Positions 1-6,772 of a stretch of DNA of 20,968 nucleotides are shown here, one piece after another. How positions within the stretch are numbered: the stretch's first letter is position 1; the number at the start of each line of letters is the position of its first letter. The DNA is from Methanocellales archaeon (GTDB taxonomy: Archaea; Halobacteriota; JAWCLZ01): NCBI GenBank assembly GCA_038850285.1, contig JAWCMA010000008.1:12405-33372 (forward strand), given 5' to 3'. The notes beneath the pieces are model-generated. The model ran no database searches, was not told the origin of the DNA, and saw only the letters and a list, made by a program, of their open reading frames with translations. The position numbers and the translations under genes were made by a program.

Positions 1-508
1 GAGCTCCAGGAACGAAAATAGTAATACCGCTAACTATGGCGATACCATCGCCTTTCTTGCCAACTGCGCTAATCTGAAGTTCATATTCCTTGCCTTCCTC
101 AACAGTTTGAGGTGCTACCACTGGCTTCTTGAGCACTCTCCTCTGCACTGGTCTCCAAGCACCGCAAGCATCACATTTGAGCATGAGAATCCTATCCTGT
201 TTAATAAGATGTGTATCTGGTCTACCGCATTCTTGACAGGTGACGAATTCCTCAACATATCTATTTATCTGCATCCAAATTGCATCAGCGGTGAACTTGC
301 CTTGGAAGATTGCCCTCGAGCCGTCGATCTTGCCAGCGGTACCCATTTCACGCACTAGGAATTTCATAACATGGTCGGGATCTCGATTGAGCACGCTAAC
401 TATGTCCTTAAAATTATCCAGAACCGTGGTTCTACCCTCTGAGAATACCCTTGGGGGTGGAATAATAAAGCGAGTATCACTTACCTTCACGGGCGGTGCT
501 TTTTTCAT
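1..508 (-). CDS. eif2b: Translation initiation factor aIF2 beta subunit with a C-terminal TRAM-like extension. Partial: the C-terminus runs off the left edge, and the true start is probably upstream of 508.
   Basis: Not in the supplied ORF track because there is no stop in the window. Reverse-strand translation from ATG 508-506 gives MKKAPPVKVSDTRFIIPPPRVFSEGRTTVLDNFKDIVSVLNRDPDHVMKFLVREMGTAGKIDGSRAIFQGKF...VTCQECGRPDTHLIKQDRILMLKCDACGAW. This is the eIF2-beta/eIF5 core plus a CxxC..CxxC zinc ribbon. It is followed by VEEGKEYELQISAVGKKGDGIAIVSGITIFVPGA, which is TRAM-like. The + strand ORFs 107-358 and 240-644 are antisense artefacts. Confidence 0.85.
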   Translation of the reverse strand, partial: MKKAPPVKVSDTRFIIPPPRVFSEGRTTVLDNFKDIVSVLNRDPDHVMKFLVREMGTAGKIDGSRAIFQGKFTADAIWMQINRYVEEFVTCQECGRPDTHLIKQDRILMLKCDACGAWRPVQRRVLKKPVVAPQTVEEGKEYELQISAVGKKGDGIAIVSGITIFVPGA

Positions 509-620
509 TGCGCGATTGAGAATTGATTCATATTCATCCAGCGTGCTAACACTTCCTTTTACTTTTATTCTCTCATATCTATTCCAACTATTTAAGGATG
601 CTTCTAAGCTTGCAAACTTT

Positions 621-658
621 AGATTAAGAATTAAGATAAGATGATAAGATAATAAGAT
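621..658. repeat. Tandem 7-8 nt repeats in the divergent promoter region: ATTAAGA x2 followed by GATAAGAT, GATAAGAT, AATAAGAT.
   Basis: Direct reading: ATTAAGA at 623-629 and 630-636, GATAAGAT at 635-642 and 643-650, AATAAGAT at 651-658. The 3' copies sit about 25-35 nt upstream of ATG 684, which is TATA-box distance for a leaderless transcript. Confidence 0.6.
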
Positions 659-683
659 AGTAAAAGAGTAAAAAGTAAGCAAC

Positions 684-1337
684 ATGAAAATCCTAGCTCT
701 TTCAGATCTCCATGGTAAATGCTCGAAACTGGATAAAATTCTATCTGCCTCAGGCGAGGTTGATTTAATCCTATTCGCTGGCGATATCACTGATTTGGGA
801 TTCATTGGCAGTGCTAAAGTGCTTATGAAGCTGTGGAGTAAAAAAGTGCTTGCAGTTCAAGGTAACTGCGATCTTCCTTGGGATAAAGCATTTTTTGATT
901 TCTCAAGAGCAATTAATTTGCATGCCTCGAGTTTGCAGATAGACGATTTTTTGTTTATGGGCCTAGGCGGATCTAATATAACTCCATATAATACGCCTTA
1001 TGAGCTGACTGAGTGCGAGATCCGTGAAATTTTAAAGCAATTCGAAGGTGCTGTAAGAAATCACGTAGGGAGAAAAATATTGGTTTCCCATGTGCCTCCA
1101 TTTGAAATTTTAGACCTCACCAAAGATTATATAAATGCTGGAAGCTATGCCCTGCGGGAATTTCTTGAGAGCAATGAGCTTGACCTTGTTATCTGCGGGC
1201 ACATTCACGAGGCATATGGTATAGATCGACTTGGTAAAACGCTAATTGTTAATACAGGTGCAGCTGAAGTTGGGCAAGCAGCTTTTATAGAAATCAATGT
1301 TGGTATCGAGGTGCAGCTTTTAAAATTAGATGATTAA
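684..1337 (+). CDS. Calcineurin-like metallophosphoesterase (YfcE/MJ0936-like)
   Basis: Ordered phosphoesterase motifs are present: SDLHG (DxH), AGDITD (GDxxD), QGNCD (GNxD/E), SHVPP, GHIHE (GHxH). There is no SD motif, and an AT-rich TATA-like sequence lies about 25-30 nt upstream, so the transcript is likely leaderless. Confidence 0.85.
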   Translation: MKILALSDLHGKCSKLDKILSASGEVDLILFAGDITDLGFIGSAKVLMKLWSKKVLAVQGNCDLPWDKAFFDFSRAINLHASSLQIDDFLFMGLGGSNITPYNTPYELTECEIREILKQFEGAVRNHVGRKILVSHVPPFEILDLTKDYINAGSYALREFLESNELDLVICGHIHEAYGIDRLGKTLIVNTGAAEVGQAAFIEINVGIEVQLLKLDD

Positions 1338-1347
1338 GCAGTAGGTA

Positions 1348-1884
1348 TTACTTTTTAGCTAGAAGTAGCTCGAGATATGATTGTCGAATTGAATTCCTCG
1401 GGTTTAAGCCTAGTTTTTGAAGTAAATCGAAAACTTGCTTACGCTTGGCCTTGAAGTTTTTCTCTGCTGCAGCTGCTTCAACTTCTATAAAGCTACCAAG
1501 CTGCTCCACTTGATCTAGATAGATCTTAAGGCCTTGAGATCTATAAATTCTCCTTATTTTATTTACAACTGCTACCTCGCGATATCCAAGGCGAAGCAGT
1601 AAATTACGCATTTTTATAGCTGATTTGGCTTTGATTTCTATTTCAATTTCTCTCCGACTCTTGGTTTCCCCATTGAACTTTGCGCCTTTATATGTTAAAA
1701 AAAGCTTTCCATTTTCAATTCTAATTCTGAGTGCTTCATCGGTTTTTGCAAAATCTCTATCTGGCGCGTTGAAGTATATATCAAGCTGCTTTTTTTCACC
1801 AGCTGATTTCATTCCCATTTGCTTTACTTTATTCTCCAGTGCCACTAGGTCTTCAACTGCAAGTTTAACTTCAACTTCGATCAT
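1348..1884 (-). CDS. CYTH-domain protein (CyaB-type class IV adenylate cyclase / triphosphate tunnel metalloenzyme family)
   Basis: The N-terminal MIEVEVKLAV matches the ExExK signature. Alternating charged beta-strand motifs (EIEIEIK, FIEVE) are typical of the CYTH tunnel fold. Length is 178 aa. It is convergent with the metallophosphoesterase across a 10-nt gap. Confidence 0.8.
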   Translation of the reverse strand: MIEVEVKLAVEDLVALENKVKQMGMKSAGEKKQLDIYFNAPDRDFAKTDEALRIRIENGKLFLTYKGAKFNGETKSRREIEIEIKAKSAIKMRNLLLRLGYREVAVVNKIRRIYRSQGLKIYLDQVEQLGSFIEVEAAAAEKNFKAKRKQVFDLLQKLGLNPRNSIRQSYLELLLAKK

Positions 1885-1967
1885 TAAAAGTTTCTATAAT
1901 GATTTTTGCTTATATTCTTTGCCTGCGTAATTTAAAAAAACCAAATATTTTTATAAAAAAATCGAAT

Positions 1968-1984
1968 TAAAAAATATATATACT
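1968..1984 (+). promoter_or_regulatory. Candidate BRE/TATA promoter of the nuo operon
   Basis: AAAAAATATATATAC lies about 50 nt upstream of ATG 2030. GGAG at 2018-2021 is a plausible SD 8 nt before the start. Confidence 0.4.
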
Positions 1985-2029
1985 GAAATCATCAAGTTAG
2001 CACTGTTTTAAATAAATGGAGAAATTGTT

Positions 2030-2398
2030 ATGGCTGTAGCAGATGCGTATATTTCAATTGGCATATTTATCATCGCAGCCTTAGTTCTGCCGATTGTAAT
2101 GCTTATTATAGGCTGGCTATTTGAATTAAGGCCAAGCAATCCCACACCCACCAAATTACTTCCCTTCGAATGCGGCTCAATACCAATCGGCCCCACTCCC
2201 TCTCGCTTCGGTATCTCTTACTATATGTATGGCCTCCTCCTAGTAATTTTTGATGTTGAAACAGTTTTCCTCTACCCATGGGCTATTTCATTTTTGAAGA
2301 TAGGTTTGATGGCAATAATTGAAATGTTCATCTTCATTGGCGTTCTAGTAATAGGTTTAATATACGCTTGGAAAAAGGGGGCGCTGGAATGGGTGTGA
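2030..2398 (+). CDS. nuoA: NADH-quinone oxidoreductase-like complex, subunit A
   Basis: Contains FECGSIPIG...RFGISYYMYGLLLVIFDVETVFLYPWA, the NuoA/ND3 signature. Three predicted TM helices. Confidence 0.9.
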   Translation: MAVADAYISIGIFIIAALVLPIVMLIIGWLFELRPSNPTPTKLLPFECGSIPIGPTPSRFGISYYMYGLLLVIFDVETVFLYPWAISFLKIGLMAIIEMFIFIGVLVIGLIYAWKKGALEWV

Positions 2399-2880
2399 TC
2401 TTCACAACCTTGAAAGATCTCCTCAACTGGGGCAGAAAGAACTCCCTATGGCCATTCATTCAACCAATGGGATGCTGTGGCATAGAAATTTTGAATATAG
2501 GTAACCCAGTTTTCGATACCGATAGATATGGAATCGTACCCAGAGATTCCCCTAGACAGTGCGATGTGATGGTAATAAGCGGTTGGATAACTTGGAAACT
2601 GCTCCCTAGAATACAGCGAGTTTGGGAGCAAATGCCGGAGCCAAAATATGTTATAGCAATGGGAGAATGTGCAATTAGCGGCGGGCCTCAATGGGATTCC
2701 TATAATATAGTGGATAATATAGGCGATTACTTCCCAATCGATGTATACGTCCCAGGCTGCCCTCCTAGGCCGGATGCTCTATTTGAAGGATATCTAAAGC
2801 TTCAGGAGAAAATAGCGAAAGAAGGAGAACTCAATGGTTTGCCTAGGAAAGGAAAGCACGCGCGCAAGGTGGAGGTATGA
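2389..2880 (+). CDS. nuoB: Subunit B (N2 [4Fe-4S] cluster subunit, PSST homologue)
   Basis: Contains GCCGIE (tandem Cys), MGECAISGG and PGCPPRP. The track start (TTG 2368) is less likely than ATG 2389, which follows GGGGG (2377-2381) and overlaps the nuoA stop. Confidence 0.9.
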   Translation: MGVIFTTLKDLLNWGRKNSLWPFIQPMGCCGIEILNIGNPVFDTDRYGIVPRDSPRQCDVMVISGWITWKLLPRIQRVWEQMPEPKYVIAMGECAISGGPQWDSYNIVDNIGDYFPIDVYVPGCPPRPDALFEGYLKLQEKIAKEGELNGLPRKGKHARKVEV

Positions 2881-3356
2881 TTACCTTGACCGAGCTAGAG
2901 AAGGAAAATCAAATTTTAGAGGCAATTAAAAATCAATTCCCCGAGGATATAATCGAAGCCAAGGTTCAAAGGAAAAATCGAGTGCTCCTTAAAATCAAAA
3001 AAGAAAAACTATTCGAGATCTGTAAGTTTGCTAGTGAAAAACTCGAACTTGAACACCTTTCAAGCATAGCTGGCGTTGACTATGGCAGTGAATTTGAAGT
3101 GGTACATCACATCGCAACTTACAAGCACCCTGTCATATTAATTTTAAAAACTCGCATACCTGCTCAAGAACCAAGGATTCCCTCAGTTGTATCCATCTGG
3201 TGGAATGCCAACTGGTATGAGCGCGAGACCTACGACCTCCTCGGCATAGTCTTCGAAGGCCACCCAAGACTTGAGCGCTTGCTGCTTCCGCAGGAGTGGA
3301 AAGTGCATCCCTTGAGGAAAGAATGGAAATTACCTAAGAAGGCGGTGGAAAAATGA
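2877..3356 (+). CDS. nuoC: Subunit C (30-kDa subunit homologue)
   Basis: Contains WWNANWYERETYDLLGIVFEGHPRLERLLLP. ATGA start/stop overlap with nuoB. Confidence 0.9.
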   Translation: MITLTELEKENQILEAIKNQFPEDIIEAKVQRKNRVLLKIKKEKLFEICKFASEKLELEHLSSIAGVDYGSEFEVVHHIATYKHPVILILKTRIPAQEPRIPSVVSIWWNANWYERETYDLLGIVFEGHPRLERLLLPQEWKVHPLRKEWKLPKKAVEK

Positions 3357-4468
3357 AAGCAATAGATAAAAGCCCGAGGGAAACAATGGTACTGCAGCTA
3401 GGACCACATTATCCCTCTCAGCCAGGCCCATATTTACTCAAAGTCACTCTAGACCACGAAACCATATTAGATGCAGACCTTGAGTTTGGCTTCAACCACC
3501 GGGGATTTGAAAAACTCGCTGAAAATAGAACCTATCTCCAATTTCTTCCAATAACAGATAGAATCTGCTACGTGGCAGCGCTTTCCCACAACGATGTATA
3601 CTGCAGAGCTGTGGAAGAACTCATGAAGATCGAAGTACCTGAGAGAGCTAAATATATTAGAACTCTTGCCCTTGAACTTCAAAGAATTGCCTCACACACA
3701 ATTTGCTTCTCCGAAGGCTATACCCTCGAGCAGGGATTCCTCTCAATGATGATCTACATCCTTAGAGAGCGCGAGAAAATAATGAGCTTGATGGAGGAAC
3801 TCTGCGGAAGCAGACTTAACATGACCTACTTCCGATTTGGAGGGGTTAGACTCGATCTCCCCAAGGGATTTAAAGAGAGAGCAATGCCCATTCTCGATGA
3901 AGTGGATAGAAACATAGCTGAATATGATAGAATCCTGGAAACCGACTCGGTATTCCTCGCTAGAAATGAAAATGTAGGGGTGCTTAAAACCGAGGATGCA
4001 ATTAGATTTGGAGTAACCGGTCCTGTTCTACGAGGCTCAAATGTGAACTATGACCTGCGCAAAGCAGATCCCTATGATGCCTATGATAAAGTGGATTTTG
4101 AAGTTTGCTATGAAAAAGGCTGCGACAATCTAGCTAGATTTAGGGTTAGAATTCGCGAGATACACGAGAGCATTAAAATCATAAAACAGTGCTTGAAAGA
4201 CATGCCTCAGGGTTCAATTCAAGCCAAGCTACCCAAGGTAATAAGGCCACCCCCCGGCGAGGTATATGCGAGAATCGAGGACCCCAGAGGGGAAATGAGC
4301 ATGTATTTAGTAAGCGATGGCGGGCTCAATCCATATCGCCTTGCAATTAGAGGCCCTGCATTTAGAAATAGCCAAGCACTTCCACCTTTACTCCTAGGCT
4401 ATAAATACGCGGACATAGTTGCCATAGCAGGCAGCACCGATGGATGCACCAGCGAGGTGGATAGATAA
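3353..4468 (+). CDS. nuoD: Subunit D (49-kDa / [NiFe]-hydrogenase large-subunit homologue), short form with atypical active-site motifs
   Basis: Collinear with Nqo4/NuoD: HRGFEKLAENRTYLQ, EVPERAKYIRTLALELQRIASH, FRFGGVR, GPVLRGSNVNYDLRKADPY, RFRVRIREIHESIKII, PPGEVYARIEDPRGE, ends EVDR. ATGA overlap with nuoC. See the findings for the unusual residues. Confidence 0.9.
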   Translation: MKAIDKSPRETMVLQLGPHYPSQPGPYLLKVTLDHETILDADLEFGFNHRGFEKLAENRTYLQFLPITDRICYVAALSHNDVYCRAVEELMKIEVPERAKYIRTLALELQRIASHTICFSEGYTLEQGFLSMMIYILREREKIMSLMEELCGSRLNMTYFRFGGVRLDLPKGFKERAMPILDEVDRNIAEYDRILETDSVFLARNENVGVLKTEDAIRFGVTGPVLRGSNVNYDLRKADPYDAYDKVDFEVCYEKGCDNLARFRVRIREIHESIKIIKQCLKDMPQGSIQAKLPKVIRPPPGEVYARIEDPRGEMSMYLVSDGGLNPYRLAIRGPAFRNSQALPPLLLGYKYADIVAIAGSTDGCTSEVDR

Positions 4469-4479
4469 GGAGGAGTAAT

Positions 4480-5541
4480 ATGGAGATCAATGATTTAATT
4501 GCAACTTATTACTCAATTCAGCAAGCTATAGCAGGAAAAGATATCTTTGCACTGCTAACTTTAATCCAAGAAAATCCACTCCTTCGCGGCATAATTGGTT
4601 GCGCTATAGCAATTGCAATTGTAATGACCTTTGTAATTATAGGCATATGGATGGAGAGGAAGGTACTCGCAGACTTTCAAACTAGATATGGACCTTGTAG
4701 AGTTGGACCATATGGTATTCTCCAGCTAATTGCAGATATGATAAAGCTAATCACCAAAGAGGATATAATACCTGCCAAGGCAGACTTCTATGGATACTGG
4801 CTTGGTCCAATGATGATGATGGGCGTGCCAATGGTTGCCTTCGCCGCAATACCAGCTGCTCGAGAATTAATTGTAGCAGACCTCGATATAGGCATACTAT
4901 ATATAGAGGCAGTTTCATCCGTGGCAGTTATAGGAGCCTTCCTCACAGGCTGGGCGCCTAGGAATAAATTCAGCTTAATCGCTGCTCTCAGAGGAATGGC
5001 GCAGATGATCAGCTATGAAATTCCCCTTGCGCTTTCAATAATAGCAGTTGTAATAATGGCCGGTTCAATGTCCACGGTGAGCATTGCTGAAGCTCAATCT
5101 AAGGTTTGGTTCATTATACCTCAATTCTTGGGCTTCCTCGTATTCTACGCTTCATTTCTAGCAGAAGCCGGGAGAATACCATTTGACTTAAGAGAAGCTG
5201 AGCAGGAACTAGCAGGTGGCTGGGGAGTTGAGTACACTGGGATGAGATTTGGCTTAGGGATGGTTGGAGAGTATGCACATTTAACCCTTGGTTCAATGCT
5301 CGTGGTCATACTCTTCTTCGGGGGATGGCAGGGTCCAGTGATAATTCACCCAATTCTCAGCGGTGCAGCTTGGTTCTTCCTCAAAACCATAATTGTAATC
5401 TGGGCTACAATGTGGGTAAGAGCAGCTTTACCGAGGTATAGAATAGATCAGCTTTTGAACATTGGCTGGAAAATTTTACTCCCCCTAGGCCTTGCAAATT
5501 TAGCATATACTACCCTCTTAGTATATATAATTGGGGTGTGA
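4480..5541 (+). CDS. nuoH: Subunit H (ND1 homologue)
   Basis: Contains WMERKVLADFQTRYGPCRVGPYGILQLIADMIKLITKEDIIP and LAEAGRIPFDLREAEQELAGGW. Polytopic membrane protein. GGAGG SD precedes the start. Confidence 0.92.
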   Translation: MEINDLIATYYSIQQAIAGKDIFALLTLIQENPLLRGIIGCAIAIAIVMTFVIIGIWMERKVLADFQTRYGPCRVGPYGILQLIADMIKLITKEDIIPAKADFYGYWLGPMMMMGVPMVAFAAIPAARELIVADLDIGILYIEAVSSVAVIGAFLTGWAPRNKFSLIAALRGMAQMISYEIPLALSIIAVVIMAGSMSTVSIAEAQSKVWFIIPQFLGFLVFYASFLAEAGRIPFDLREAEQELAGGWGVEYTGMRFGLGMVGEYAHLTLGSMLVVILFFGGWQGPVIIHPILSGAAWFFLKTIIVIWATMWVRAALPRYRIDQLLNIGWKILLPLGLANLAYTTLLVYIIGV

Positions 5542-5546
5542 ATGCA

Positions 5547-5963
5547 ATGGTATTGAAAAATTTGATTTATACCCTCAAGCAGTTCTTCACCCCTGAGGTA
5601 ACTATAAACTATCCAGATGTGAAATATATTCCATATCCTAGATTTAGAGCTAGACATTATTTGAACCTAGATGAATGCGTGGGCTGCGGAGTTTGCGCTA
5701 AGGTATGCCCAAATAAATGCATAGAAATGGTGCAGTATAAAGAAAGAAAGCATCCCCAGATCGACCTCGGGAGGTGTATGTTCTGCGCTTTATGCATAGA
5801 TTCCTGCCCCACGAATGCGCTTTTAAACACAACTGACTATGAACTTGCAGAGTATACTAGAGAAGCATTAATTTACCCCCCTGAGAGATTGGGCAAGCCG
5901 CCTAAGAAGCCATTCTACATCGCTGATAAAGAAGGCAACATCGTTGAACCGGAGGAGGCATAG
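5547..5963 (+). CDS. nuoI: Subunit I (2x[4Fe-4S] ferredoxin-type, TYKY homologue)
   Basis: Contains CVGCGVCAKVCP and CMFCALCIDSCP. In-frame ATG 5547 follows GGGGTG (5533-5538). The track start, GTG 5538, overlaps the nuoH stop and is the alternative. Confidence 0.9.
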   Translation: MVLKNLIYTLKQFFTPEVTINYPDVKYIPYPRFRARHYLNLDECVGCGVCAKVCPNKCIEMVQYKERKHPQIDLGRCMFCALCIDSCPTNALLNTTDYELAEYTREALIYPPERLGKPPKKPFYIADKEGNIVEPEEA

Positions 5964-5965
5964 AA

Positions 5966-6214
5966 ATGCTTGACCTGCTGCTATTCCTAGCACTTGCCGC
6001 AATAATTGTACTTGCGGCAATAGGCGTGGTTTGGACTAGATTAGTTGTCCATAGCGCGATATACCTAGCTCTCACATTCATCTGCGTAGCTGGTCTATAT
6101 GTTTTATTAAATGCAGAACTCTTAGCAGCAATACAGGTATTGATATATGTAGGTGCAATCGTGGTTTTGATAATCTTTGGCATAATGCTCACAGGCGGAG
6201 GAGAGGAGGAATAA
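5966..6214 (+). CDS. nuoJ: Subunit J, N-terminal piece (TM1-3)
   Basis: 82 aa. Contains SAIYLALTFICVAGLYVLLNAELLAAIQVLIYVGAIVVLIIFGIML, typical of NuoJ/ND6. GGAGGAGG SD. Confidence 0.8.
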   Translation: MLDLLLFLALAAIIVLAAIGVVWTRLVVHSAIYLALTFICVAGLYVLLNAELLAAIQVLIYVGAIVVLIIFGIMLTGGGEEE

Positions 6215-6216
6215 AA

Positions 6217-6465
6217 ATGGGATTCTGGACTACTTTCTTTAAATTCATTGTAGCAGTGATTTTCATCTCATTGCTCTCCATAACTCTAGCTAGCGCGCCC
6301 TGGAGCGATAAGCCAATGGAAGATGTGGAAAAAGTTACTTATTCCATTGGGGAGATGCTCTTCCAGTTTGGGAGATTCGTTGTTCCCTTTGAAATTATTT
6401 CATTGGTTTTAATAGCCGCATTAATAGGTGCAATATTCATAGCCATTAAGGAGGCTGCAGTATGA
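6217..6465 (+). CDS. nuoJ: Subunit J, C-terminal piece (separate cistron)
   Basis: 82 aa, 2 TM. The C-terminal VVPFEIISLVLIAALIGAIFIA matches the NuoJ C-terminal helix. It has its own GGAGGAGAGGAGG SD and starts 2 nt after the previous stop. Confidence 0.7.
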   Translation: MGFWTTFFKFIVAVIFISLLSITLASAPWSDKPMEDVEKVTYSIGEMLFQFGRFVVPFEIISLVLIAALIGAIFIAIKEAAV

Positions 6466-6770
6466 TTCCCCTAGTTGCATATTTAATCCTCGCAGCAATA
6501 GTCTTTGGAATTGGAGCTTTTGGATTCATCACGAGTAAAAATGTGATAAGGATACTCATGAGCGTGGAACTCATGCTTAATTCAGCAAACATTAACTTCG
6601 TAGCTTTTTCAAGCTATTCCATACCCTTCGATATCTCTGGACAGATCTTCGCTTTATTCACCATAGCACTAGCTGCGGCTGAATCTGCGGTGGGAATAGC
6701 AATCTTAATACTGCTCTATAGAACGCATGGCACTGTTAAAATCCAAGACATTAATGTATTGAGGTGGTAA
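6462..6770 (+). CDS. nuoK: Subunit K (ND4L homologue)
   Basis: 102 aa, 3 TM. Contains SVELMLNSANINFVAF...ALAAAESAVGIAIL. ATGA overlap with the preceding gene. Confidence 0.9.
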   Translation: MIPLVAYLILAAIVFGIGAFGFITSKNVIRILMSVELMLNSANINFVAFSSYSIPFDISGQIFALFTIALAAAESAVGIAILILLYRTHGTVKIQDINVLRW

Positions 6771-6772
6771 AA

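Noticed and set aside
107-644. Track ORFs 107-358 (+) and 240-644 (+)
   Set aside because: They lie antisense to a clearly recognisable aIF2-beta coding frame, and their translations are low-complexity with no motifs. They are shadow ORFs.
509-685. Using in-frame ATG 685 (or TTG 682) as the aIF2-beta start
   Set aside because: It would add about 59 residues (MLLTFYSFTILLSYHLILILNL...) translated from AT-rich repeat/promoter DNA and would overlap the divergent gene's ATG. It is kept only as a formal possibility in the start-codon finding.
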